A stretch of 44,929 nucleotides of DNA, from positions 1 through 44,929 of the forward strand of contig CAZLHV010000002.1 of assembly GCA_964559205.1 (NCBI GenBank), written 5' to 3'. A model generated the notes under the pieces. It ran no database searches. It was not told the origin of the DNA and saw only the letters and a program-made list of their open reading frames with translations. Made by a program: the position numbers and the translations under genes. Every line of letters starts with the position of its first letter. The first letter of the stretch is position 1. Below are positions 1 to 7,681 of this stretch, one piece after another. This DNA comes from an uncultured Bacteroidaceae bacterium. Its GTDB lineage: Bacteria > Bacteroidota > Bacteroidia > Bacteroidales > DTU049.

Positions 1-230
1 TATTTGGATAAAACACCCCAACAAAAAAACCGCTCTCTCAGAGGCTTTTTGGAATTATGTGTGTTTTGGATTTGTTGTGTGTGGTGCTGGGTTGCATGAT
101 AGTGGTTAAGATGCAGTTATTTATTATTGAGAATAAAAGGAAGATGTAAAGCTTGGATACGCATTTGCGTCAGTGTAAATCGATTGACAAAACAGATTGA
201 ATCAACTCAATCGCCATATATTTTGCCTCT

Positions 231-257
231 AAAAAATGCCGCACTTTCGCACGGCAT
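231..257 (-). terminator. Rho-independent terminator downstream of tdh
   Basis: Minus-strand RNA reads AUGCCG-UGC-GAAA-GUG-CGGCAU. That is 6 Watson-Crick pairs, one more GC pair and 2 GU pairs, closed by a GAAA tetraloop. A U6 run follows (plus-strand A-run 231-236). It lies about 20 nt past the tdh stop at 277-279. Confidence 0.6.
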
Positions 258-276
258 TTCGGAAGGAAAAAGACTT

Positions 277-1236
277 TTAAATCAACCCTTTTTCGTGCTT
301 GATGCGGATGTTTTTCAGCATATCCTGTGTCATGGCATCGAGATCAAAAGCGGGTTTCCAGCCCCATTCCTCGCGGGCTGCCGTATCATCAATGCTGTCG
401 GGCCAGCTGTCGGCAATGGCCTGTCGGTAATCGGGTTCATAACTGATTTCGAATCCCGGCTGATGTTTTTTAATGTTTTCGGCCAGCTCGGCAACCGAGA
501 AACTCATGGCTCCCACATTAAAATTGGCGTGATGCTTCAGTTTTGCAAAGTCGGCCATCAGCAGATCCATGGTGGCTTTAATGCAATCGGGCATGTACAT
601 CATTGGCAGGCGGGTATCTTCCTTCACAAAGCAGGTGTATTTGTTGTATTTCACCGCATCGTAGTAAATGGCTACCGCATAATCGGTGGTGCCACCGCCT
701 GGCAGCGTTTCATGGCTGATGATTCCGGGGTAACGCAGCCCACGAACATCAAGACCGTATTTTTTCACATAATAGTCGCCGAGCAGTTCACCGGCCACCT
801 TGGTGATGCCATACATGGTTGTAGGCTCCAGAATGGTTTCCTGCGGCGTATTGACACGCGGCGTGGTTGGGCCAAAGGCTGCAATGGAGCTGGGAACCAA
901 CACGCGGTCCATTTTCATTTCGCGGGCCACTTCAAAAGTGTTGATCAGCGCATTGATATTCACATCCCAGGCCAATGCAGGATTTTTTTCGCCGTTGGCT
1001 GAAAGAATTGCCGCCAGATTGATGATGGTATCGATGTTGTATTTTTTGCTCACGTCGGCAATTGCCTGACGGTCGCGGGCATCGAGTTTTTCCATGGGGC
1101 CTTCCGACAAAGCACAACCTTCTTTCACACATAAGTCGGTTGCCACCACATTTTGCAAGCCGAATTCCTTGCGGAGAGCCAGCGTAAGTTCAGATCCGAT
1201 TTGCCCGCAGGCACCAATCACCAGTATATTTTTCAT
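277..1236 (-). CDS. tdh: L-threonine 3-dehydrogenase, extended short-chain dehydrogenase (NAD-dependent epimerase/dehydratase) type
   Basis: ORF 277..1260 was trimmed to the first ATG at 1236, because the codon at 1260 is TTG. It has an N-terminal Rossmann motif VIGACGQIGSEL and a YxxxK motif (YGITK). It is divergently paired with kbl, the classical threonine-to-glycine pair. Confidence 0.88.
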   Translation of the reverse strand: MKNILVIGACGQIGSELTLALRKEFGLQNVVATDLCVKEGCALSEGPMEKLDARDRQAIADVSKKYNIDTIINLAAILSANGEKNPALAWDVNINALINTFEVAREMKMDRVLVPSSIAAFGPTTPRVNTPQETILEPTTMYGITKVAGELLGDYYVKKYGLDVRGLRYPGIISHETLPGGGTTDYAVAIYYDAVKYNKYTCFVKEDTRLPMMYMPDCIKATMDLLMADFAKLKHHANFNVGAMSFSVAELAENIKKHQPGFEISYEPDYRQAIADSWPDSIDDTAAREEWGWKPAFDLDAMTQDMLKNIRIKHEKGLI

Positions 1237-1257
1237 AAAAAAGCTTTTAACAGGCAG

Positions 1258-1265
1258 CAAAATTA
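1258..1265 (-). promoter_or_regulatory. Bacteroidota -7 promoter box (TAATTTTG on minus strand) for tdh
   Basis: Plus strand reads caaaatta, the reverse complement of TAATTTTG, an exact TAnnTTTG match. It lies 21 nt upstream of the tdh ATG. Confidence 0.45.
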
Positions 1266-1400
1266 TGGTTTTTTCAATTCTGAACGAATTTTAAGTCAGG
1301 TATTTTTACGACAATTCAGGTGATAGAGATCAATCATGCATCTTTTGAGTCAACCGGGGTACCTGTTTTAAAAAACTGGTTTTGTTTTGCTGAAATTCAT

Positions 1401-1408
1401 TAAGTTTG
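1401..1408 (+). promoter_or_regulatory. Bacteroidota -7 promoter box TAAGTTTG for kbl
   Basis: Exact TAnnTTTG match, 23 nt upstream of the kbl ATG at 1432. Confidence 0.45.
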
Positions 1409-1431
1409 CGGGAAATTAAACACTTGTTTTT

Positions 1432-2676
1432 ATGTACGGTAAACTGAAGGAACATCTCAACAGGGAGCTTGAAACCATCCGCGAGGCCGGGTTGTTCAAG
1501 AACGAACGAATTATCGAGAGCGAACAGGGAGCTGAAATTGTGGTGAAAGGAAAAAAATGCCTTAATTTCTGTGCCAACAACTATTTGGGGCTGTCAAGTC
1601 ATCCCGAACTGATTAGGGCTGCCCACGAAATGATTGATCACCGTGGTTATGGCCTTTCTTCGGTTCGGTTTATTTGTGGCACCCAGGATATTCACAAGGA
1701 GCTTGAGAAAAAAGTATCTGATTTTCTTGGCATGGAAGACACCATTTTGTTCTCATCGGCATTCGACGCTAATGGGGCTGTTTTCGAGCCATTGCTTGGA
1801 GAGAACGATGCCATCATCAGCGATGCCCTGAACCATGCTTCGATTATTGATGGAGTTCGTTTGTGCAAGGCACAGCGCTGGGCATACAAACACAGCGACA
1901 TGCGCGATGTTGAGGAGCTTGATCAGGCTACTGGTAAAAACGCGAAGGGGCTTGAGCGCTGCCTGAAGGAAGCCCGTGAGAAAGGCTGCCGCTTCATTAT
2001 GATTGCAACCGACGGCGTATTTAGCATGGATGGCGATATTGCCTTGCTGAAGGAAATTTGCGATCTTGCCGATAAATACGAAGCTCTAGTGATGGTTGAC
2101 GACAGCCATTCAACCGGTTTTATGGGCAAGACCGGACGTGGCACGCATGAGTTCCGTCATGTGATGGGAAGAGTTGATATCATTACCACTACCTTTGGAA
2201 AAGCATTAGGTGGCGCTTCGGGTGGTAGCATCAGCGGACCAAAAGAAGTCATTGACTGGATGCGGAATAAAGCACGTCCTTACCTATTCTCAAACACTGT
2301 GGCACCGGCTGTGGTGGGCGCAACCATGAAAGTGATGGATTTGCTGTCTGCTTCAACCGAGCTGCGCGATAAACTTGAGGCGAACACAAAACTTTTCCGC
2401 ACCAAAATGACCGAAGCCGGATTTGATATCATTCCGGGCGAGCACCCCATTACACCCATCATGTTTGGCAAATATCCCGACTGCTCAAAGCTGGCAGTGA
2501 AATTTGCCGACAGAATGCTCGAAGAAGGCATTTATGTCATTGCTTTCTCTTTCCCGGTGGTCCCGAAAGGAAAAGATCGCATTCGTGTTCAGATATCGGC
2601 TGCACATAGTACCGAACAAATTGAAAAAGCGATTGATGCCTTTGTGAAGGTTGGACGCGAACTAAATATGATTTGA
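1432..2676 (+). CDS. kbl: Glycine C-acetyltransferase (2-amino-3-ketobutyrate CoA ligase), PLP-dependent alpha-oxoamine synthase
   Basis: Motifs [31 protein letters not shown] and [12 protein letters not shown] (PLP lysine), plus C-terminal [17 protein letters not shown]. By my recollection it is collinear with E. coli Kbl. Confidence 0.95.
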   Translation: MYGKLKEHLNRELETIREAGLFKNERIIESEQGAEIVVKGKKCLNFCANNYLGLSSHPELIRAAHEMIDHRGYGLSSVRFICGTQDIHKELEKKVSDFLGMEDTILFSSAFDANGAVFEPLLGENDAIISDALNHASIIDGVRLCKAQRWAYKHSDMRDVEELDQATGKNAKGLERCLKEAREKGCRFIMIATDGVFSMDGDIALLKEICDLADKYEALVMVDDSHSTGFMGKTGRGTHEFRHVMGRVDIITTTFGKALGGASGGSISGPKEVIDWMRNKARPYLFSNTVAPAVVGATMKVMDLLSASTELRDKLEANTKLFRTKMTEAGFDIIPGEHPITPIMFGKYPDCSKLAVKFADRMLEEGIYVIAFSFPVVPKGKDRIRVQISAAHSTEQIEKAIDAFVKVGRELNMI

Positions 2677-2694
2677 TTCATTCATTGGTGATTC

Positions 2695-2720
2695 AGGCCG
2701 GCTTTGCCGGCCTTTTTTTT
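2695..2720 (+). terminator. Rho-independent terminator of kbl
   Basis: Stem aggccgg/ccggcct (7 bp, GC-rich) with a short loop, followed by T8 (2713-2720). It starts 19 nt after the kbl stop. Confidence 0.8.
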
Positions 2721-2949
2721 CGTTCGCCACTGATGATCCGAAGGTTCAACCACGCGAATGTGCCGTTTTTATGCCCCAGAGGTCGTTACAATACCGGTTT
2801 TGGGCAGGATGAACAAGGGGCTTTTGAAGGTATGCCTGACGTCTTTGCTATTAAAGAATCGTTAATCCATTCTTCTACCTTCCATTTTTTCTGTTACGAA
2901 GCGGCAGATCACAGATAAAATAATATCTTTACCATCCAAATTATTCAAC

Positions 2950-3606
2950 ATGTCAGATTTATTTGAGGAGTACAAAGCCTATTACCGGGTGCGTGCCGAA
3001 CGATATGCCGGTAATCCAAACTACAAAAACACCTATCAGGCTGAAAAAAACCTGAGCGAGGCCATGCAATCGTGTTCGGAACTGGGCGAATTCCGACATA
3101 AAATTGGCAATCTGAACCAGCTTTGCGCTGTGGCACTCACCAAAGATAAATATCTCATTGAGCAGGCATTCTATCGTGAAATGAAGGAGGATGTCAGGGT
3201 GCGTGTTGCTGACCGTGTTCTTGATAAAGTTGACCAGATCGATGAAGTTTTCAACCTGATTTCGATGGTCAATGACATTGAAACAAAAGTGATGATTGAA
3301 ATATCGATGGACGAAGCCAATCGGCTTTTTCATTACATGTGGAACTTTCTTGATTTGTCCGAAGTGTATGCCGAAGCTGATGTACCTGCCGAGTACAAAG
3401 CCCGAATGCAAAAATCTGCCGAAGATTACCGGCAGATTCTGCGTGACGCATTGAAAAGTTTGGTTGAAAATAACAGTCACTGGCAGGGCGACTGGAAACA
3501 TGAACCAGATGTAGTGACCGAACACCGTCATCGCAGGCTGTTGCCATTCAGCGATGAGCATATCGCCGAGCAACTTGTAAAATATAAAAAGATTTTAAAC
3601 CTTTAA
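2950..3606 (+). CDS. Hypothetical cytoplasmic protein, predicted all-helical, no recognisable domain
   Basis: 218-codon ATG ORF with protein-like charged, helical composition. No signal peptide or TM segment. The downstream ORF follows after only 10 nt. The mirror ORF on the minus strand (2959..3573) has shadow-frame composition. Confidence 0.75.
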   Translation: MSDLFEEYKAYYRVRAERYAGNPNYKNTYQAEKNLSEAMQSCSELGEFRHKIGNLNQLCAVALTKDKYLIEQAFYREMKEDVRVRVADRVLDKVDQIDEVFNLISMVNDIETKVMIEISMDEANRLFHYMWNFLDLSEVYAEADVPAEYKARMQKSAEDYRQILRDALKSLVENNSHWQGDWKHEPDVVTEHRHRRLLPFSDEHIAEQLVKYKKILNL

Positions 3607-3616
3607 TTTCAACGCC

Positions 3617-5044
3617 ATGCCTTTAGATCCAATGTTTTCCGAGTCCATTCTGAGTTCATTCCGCAACATGGTCGATGACTGCCGCAATCGTGGTCTTGAT
3701 GGTCCCGAATTCGATGAAATTCAAACATGCTATAGTCGCCTTGAAGCGTTGGCACAGCAACACGACGACATGAATGCTTTTAACGGCCAGGTGATGCAGG
3801 AACAGCTCTACATGAAAATGAGTGACCTGTATGGCCGTCTGCTGAGCAAAGAAGGCGCTGCCCAGCAGGAAGAACGAGGCTACGACGATGCCACACTGCT
3901 GAAGCAATCGGTCGATGCTTTGCGCAACTCGATTCAGGCCATGCGTGACTCAAAGCAACAGGCGTTGGATGAAAATGCCAAATTTGATCCCAAGGCGGCT
4001 TTCAGACAAGCCATGGAATTTGCAGCGCGGAATGAAGGAAAAAAACAGGGGCCCAAAGCAGGTTTCATGAAAACTGCCGGAGGCATGGATCAGGTGATTG
4101 AAGAAGGAAACAAATCGATTGACGAAACCCTGAAAACCACGCCCAATGCCTACGACAATTCGGTTGAAATTGAAGAACTGATAAAAACAGAACTTCTGGT
4201 CAAGCCTGTCGAAGAACTAGTCAGGCTGGGTGAAGAGCCGGGAATGACTTTCCCGAGATTTTTGCGTTTGCAGATTGAGCGCGGCCTGGATAAAGCCATG
4301 GAAGGTAGCGTAGTGGTTCGCGATGGGATAGAATATTCTCACGGAAACTACGCAGCCATCGCATTCAGCCCGCTGTACATCGAGCGTGAAAAGCGCAAAC
4401 TCGATTTATTTGACAAACTGGCTGCCGAGAACCCTTTTAAGGTACCCAATGCCGATGAATTGAAATACGGCTTGCTGCGGATTGATTACGAATTTGAGCC
4501 AAAAATTAAATGGTGGGAAGACATCGAAGACCGTTGGTATCATATGCTGGATGATTTATACACTTGGAGTCTTGCCTATTGTCCTTTTGCACCCATGATT
4601 CAGCCCTGGTCACTTGCCGAAAATCCGCGACAGGCCGTGATCGACACCCAGAAAATGCAGCCGGGCATCTTTCGCGTACGCGAAAAACAGCTTCTGAAAT
4701 ATCATGGCATTGGGTTTCACGATATTTTCCGTCACGAAACCTTTCGCTGGCAGGTCGAAAATGGCCTGATCTGGAATTCGCAGGAACTGGTCGAATTTTT
4801 AATCCATAAGGTCTATCCTGCCTGTATCCCGCATCAGAATTTGCCACAGGAACTCATTGGCCCACGGGGAGAATTATACCAGCAAAAACGCGAAATGAAT
4901 CCGGATTCAGGCAACCCGGGATTCAGAATGGAGGCTTTCTACGACAGTAAATTCGGTGAAGGGCGCTGGGCGAGCAAATATGCAAAACCGAAAAAAACCC
5001 AAACCAATGCAGCTCCGTGGAATCTTACCACCTTTGCGATTTAA
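3617..5044 (+). CDS. Hypothetical cytoplasmic protein: acidic helical N-terminal half, aromatic-rich C-terminal domain
   Basis: 475-codon ATG ORF coupled to 2950..3606. No signal peptide, TM segment, Walker, nuclease or other motif that I recognise. Hairpins follow its stop. Confidence 0.8.
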   Translation: MPLDPMFSESILSSFRNMVDDCRNRGLDGPEFDEIQTCYSRLEALAQQHDDMNAFNGQVMQEQLYMKMSDLYGRLLSKEGAAQQEERGYDDATLLKQSVDALRNSIQAMRDSKQQALDENAKFDPKAAFRQAMEFAARNEGKKQGPKAGFMKTAGGMDQVIEEGNKSIDETLKTTPNAYDNSVEIEELIKTELLVKPVEELVRLGEEPGMTFPRFLRLQIERGLDKAMEGSVVVRDGIEYSHGNYAAIAFSPLYIEREKRKLDLFDKLAAENPFKVPNADELKYGLLRIDYEFEPKIKWWEDIEDRWYHMLDDLYTWSLAYCPFAPMIQPWSLAENPRQAVIDTQKMQPGIFRVREKQLLKYHGIGFHDIFRHETFRWQVENGLIWNSQELVEFLIHKVYPACIPHQNLPQELIGPRGELYQQKREMNPDSGNPGFRMEAFYDSKFGEGRWASKYAKPKKTQTNAAPWNLTTFAI

Positions 5045-5047
5045 CCC

Positions 5048-5109
5048 AAATTACGCATTAGCCATTGCGTAATTTGCCTAAATGCCGACAGAAGAAATTT
5101 TCGTCGGTA
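5048..5109. terminator. Two hairpins between the convergent 3617..5044 and mntP genes
   Basis: Hairpin 1 is aaattacgca/tgcgtaattt, a perfect 10 bp stem at 5048-5075. Hairpin 2 is an imperfect stem at about 5083-5109 centred on ccgac/gtcgg. Neither has a long U-tract. Confidence 0.45.
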
Positions 5110-5135
5110 TTACAATCCTAATGCTTAATCCGGGT

Positions 5136-5696
5136 TTAAATCATTTCAAGGTGTTCAAGGACGATTTTTACGCCAAGGGCAATTAAAATCAGACCACCAA
5201 TAATTTCTATTTTAGAACCAAAAATGCCGGCAGCTTTTTTTCCAAGCAGCATGCCCAGCATGGCAGTGAGTCCGGTGAAAAATGCAATGACGGGCACCGC
5301 AATCCAGATGTTGACGTCGGTAAGACCCAGGGTGATTCCTACGGCAAAAGCATCGATGCTGGTGGCTATGGCCAGTGTGACAATGAGCCTGTAGTTTTTG
5401 ATGTCGATTTGCTTGTTTTCGTCTTTGCCAAAAGCTTCGATGATCATTTTTCCTCCGACAAGGCTGAGTAATCCCAAAGCGATCCAGTGATCGAAAGCCG
5501 AAATGTATTGTTCAAGCGACATCCCTCCCAGCCAGCCTAAAAACGGCATCAGGCCCTGAAAAAATGCCAGGATAGATGCAATGATAAAAGCTTGCCGGAA
5601 ATAGACCTTTCGGTCATTTATTCCGATGGAAATGCTCACCGCTAAGGTGTCGAAGCATAAACTGATGCTTAAAAGAAAAAGCCATGTTGCATTCAC
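5136..5696 (-). CDS. mntP: Manganese efflux pump MntP family membrane protein
   Basis: 186 aa with about six TM segments. The signature is duplicated: FDTLAVSISIG and IDAFAVGITLG. The annotated start is GTG, and I saw no in-frame ATG nearby. Confidence 0.82.
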   Translation of the reverse strand: MNATWLFLLSISLCFDTLAVSISIGINDRKVYFRQAFIIASILAFFQGLMPFLGWLGGMSLEQYISAFDHWIALGLLSLVGGKMIIEAFGKDENKQIDIKNYRLIVTLAIATSIDAFAVGITLGLTDVNIWIAVPVIAFFTGLTAMLGMLLGKKAAGIFGSKIEIIGGLILIALGVKIVLEHLEMI

Positions 5697-5780
5697 GGTT
5701 CAAAATTACTATTTTTGGACAGGTTTAAACATGCGGGCTTCCGCAGTGTCTAAAAAAATGTTTCACCAATCACTGCTTAT

Positions 5781-7649
5781 ATGAAAATTTTGCTTACCCT
5801 TTTTGCCATTCTGACGACCATGATGGTTCTCGGACAAAATTATTCAGTGACCAATTACACCACCTCCAATTCTGGAATTGTGTCCAACAATGTAAACTTC
5901 ATCAAAGCGGGATCTGCCGGTGTGGTTTGGTTTGGAACAAATGGCTCCGGACTTTCAAAGTACGATGGGTCTACCTGGACGACTTACACCACCTCCGATG
6001 GGTTGGTAGGAAACACGGTCAAGGGTATTGATATCGATCAGAGCGGCAATGTATGGATTGCCACTTCGGCTGGAGTGTCGCGATTCAACGGAACGACATT
6101 CACCACCCTGAACAGCGGATTGCCAAATACAGATGTGCGCTGTGTGTATATCGATAATGCAAATGTGGCATGGGTGGGCACTTCGGGTGGCGGTGTGGCC
6201 AAACGCAACGGATCGTCGTGGACCACATACAATACCACCGATGGCCTTGCGCAGAATTTCGTGCAGGCGATCACTCAGGATTTAAGCGGAAACATGTGGT
6301 TTGCTACAGCCAATGGTGTCAGCCGTTTTAACGGAACATCCACCTGGACCACCTATACAAGCTCAAACGGTTTGATTGCCAATGGTGATGAAGTGATTTC
6401 TGCCACAACCGATTACGACGGAAACATTTGGTTTGGGTCAAAGCCCGGTTTTGGAATTGGTGGAGGAGTGAGCATGTTCAATGGCAGCACCTGGACCACC
6501 TATAACAATACCAACGGCCTTGCCAGCAATGAAGTAAGGGGCATTTCGTCCGATGCCATGAACCGCATTTGGTTCTCCACTTACATTAATGGAGCAAGTC
6601 ATTTCAGAAATGGAACTTTTACGACCTACAGCACTCCTCAGGGTTTGGTTTCGGCCACCCAACAGTGTGTCGACGTTGCACCAACCGGCGAAGTTTGGAT
6701 TGGAACATCCTCAGGCGTATCAAGAATTATTACAGTAAAGTATCATTCAGCAACAGTAACACACAATTACTGCGGCGCTACCAACATGGGAACCATCACG
6801 GTCTCGGCTGGTACAATTAATGCCCCGATGTATTACAGTTTCGACAATGGGGTCACATACAGCACATCAAACACCGTTTCAGGATTGACCTCCGGTTTTT
6901 ATAATGTTTGGATGACCGATAGCTCGATGTTTGTTCAGGGACCCGGTTTTATGATCGAGGATATTGCTCCTGCCGAATTGTTCAGTTATAACAGCATCGA
7001 TATCTGCGGAAATGATTCCACGCAACTCAATCCCGATGCTTCATTCACTAATTTCACATGGAGCCCCGATTCATTGGTTTCATCTGCCTCTGCTTCCAAT
7101 CCCTTTGTTTGGGGTAGCGTATCTCAATATCTTTATGTGCAAGCTTCGGACAGCAATTCCTGCGTGGTTACCGATTCGGTGTATATTAATGTGCTTCCGG
7201 TACCGCTTTTCAATGTTGGTGTCGCCAACGATTCGGTTTTTACCGTCGATGCTACTTTCATTTCATATCAGTGGTACTGGTATGGGGATTCAATTCCCGG
7301 AGCAAACGGACAGTCATATACTGCCACACAGCCTGGTATTTATACCGTTTGTGTTACCAACAGCGATGGATGTACATCCTGCTCAGGCATGATTCATTAT
7401 CAGAATACGGGATGGCAGGATCATGACATGGATGTGCAGGTCTTTTATCAGGATGGCATGTTGCATTATCGTTTCCCTGAGTCGAACTGTCTGGTACGTG
7501 TGTTTACGGCAGATGGCCGGCTGTTGACTCAGTTTACAGCCGTTGAGCAGAGTGGAATGGTGAGTCTTGATGCTGGAAATGATCATGTGTTGCTGCTGAC
7601 CGTCACCGGCAAAATTATTAATAGTGTGAAAAAGCTTATGGCAGAATAA
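5781..7649 (+). CDS. Secreted seven-bladed beta-propeller protein (two-component-regulator propeller repeats) with Ig-like/SprB-like middle region and probable T9SS C-terminal domain
   Basis: Signal peptide MKILLTLFAILTTMMVLGQ. Seven repeats of about 45 aa follow the pattern N-V--I--D--GN-W-GT--G-S-FNG--WTTY. A C-terminal segment of about 70 aa resembles a T9SS type A sorting domain. Confidence 0.85.
   Translation: MKILLTLFAILTTMMVLGQNYSVTNYTTSNSGIVSNNVNFIKAGSAGVVWFGTNGSGLSKYDGSTWTTYTTSDGLVGNTVKGIDIDQSGNVWIATSAGVSRFNGTTFTTLNSGLPNTDVRCVYIDNANVAWVGTSGGGVAKRNGSSWTTYNTTDGLAQNFVQAITQDLSGNMWFATANGVSRFNGTSTWTTYTSSNGLIANGDEVISATTDYDGNIWFGSKPGFGIGGGVSMFNGSTWTTYNNTNGLASNEVRGISSDAMNRIWFSTYINGASHFRNGTFTTYSTPQGLVSATQQCVDVAPTGEVWIGTSSGVSRIITVKYHSATVTHNYCGATNMGTITVSAGTINAPMYYSFDNGVTYSTSNTVSGLTSGFYNVWMTDSSMFVQGPGFMIEDIAPAELFSYNSIDICGNDSTQLNPDASFTNFTWSPDSLVSSASASNPFVWGSVSQYLYVQASDSNSCVVTDSVYINVLPVPLFNVGVANDSVFTVDATFISYQWYWYGDSIPGANGQSYTATQPGIYTVCVTNSDGCTSCSGMIHYQNTGWQDHDMDVQVFYQDGMLHYRFPESNCLVRVFTADGRLLTQFTAVEQSGMVSLDAGNDHVLLLTVTGKIINSVKKLMAE
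5850..6728 (+). repeat. Seven tandem protein-level propeller-blade repeats inside 5781..7649
   Basis: The blades end in these strings: VVWFGTNGSGLSKYDGSTWTTY, NVWIATSAGVSRFNGTTFTTL, VAWVGTSGGGVAKRNGSSWTTY, NMWFATANGVSRFNGTSTWTTY, NIWFGS...VSMFNGSTWTTY, RIWFSTYINGASHFRNGTFTTY and EVWIGTSSGVSRI. Confidence 0.8.
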
Positions 7650-7681
7650 AAAAAAAGGAGGTTAACACCTCCTTTTTTTTT
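7648..7681. terminator. Bidirectional rho-independent terminator shared by 5781..7649 and the TonB receptor gene
   Basis: A9, then ggaggt-taac-acctcc, then T9. It is a perfect GC-rich stem flanked by A and T runs, sitting exactly between two convergent stop codons. Confidence 0.85.

Noticed and set aside
1-60. Weak hairpin or terminator (caaaaaaaccgctctctcagaggcttttt) at the extreme left edge
   Set aside because: The stem pairing is poor: mismatches and only A/T-rich outer pairs. The gene it would serve is outside the window.
127-1002. 291-aa ORF on the plus strand overlapping tdh
   Set aside because: It lies entirely antisense to a gene with clear Rossmann and YxxxK motifs. Its product is rich in His, Gly, Phe and Ile and has no motif. 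This is a typical shadow frame caused by the codon bias of the real gene.
1900-1960. Insertion of about 14 aa in Kbl ([15 protein letters not shown]) relative to my recollection of E. coli Kbl, between DM and LKEARE
   Set aside because: It is a surface-loop-sized indel in an otherwise collinear enzyme with all catalytic motifs intact. The comparison is from memory and is not remarkable without a structural context.
2690-2745. B12-box-like string gccactg (2725-2731) with nearby ggtga and gaagg, suggesting a cobalamin riboswitch
   Set aside because: The other conserved cobalamin-riboswitch elements (GGGAA, GGTG--AA-TCC, CCCGCCACTG context) are absent. The upstream part is the kbl terminator. 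The downstream genes have no link to B12. A covariance-model scan with Rfam RF00174 would settle it.
2673-2918. 81-codon ORF (TTG start; 61 codons from the internal ATG at 2733) filling the kbl/2950 spacer
   Set aside because: The long version reads straight through the kbl terminator hairpin. It has no -7 box and no recognisable motif. I kept it only as a note, because the 228-bp spacer is longer than a promoter alone requires.
2959-3573. 204-aa minus-strand ORF mirroring the 2950..3606 gene
   Set aside because: Both strands are open here, so only one can be the gene. The plus-strand product has normal charged, helical composition, an ATG start, a -7-like box and tight coupling to the next gene. 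The minus-strand product is Phe/His/Ile/Val-rich, like other shadow ORFs in this window. Without homology data some doubt remains.
5697-5780. Possible yybP-ykoY manganese riboswitch upstream of mntP
   Set aside because: Only 84 nt are available and they are shared with a divergent promoter. I saw no GGGGAGUAG-type conserved core.
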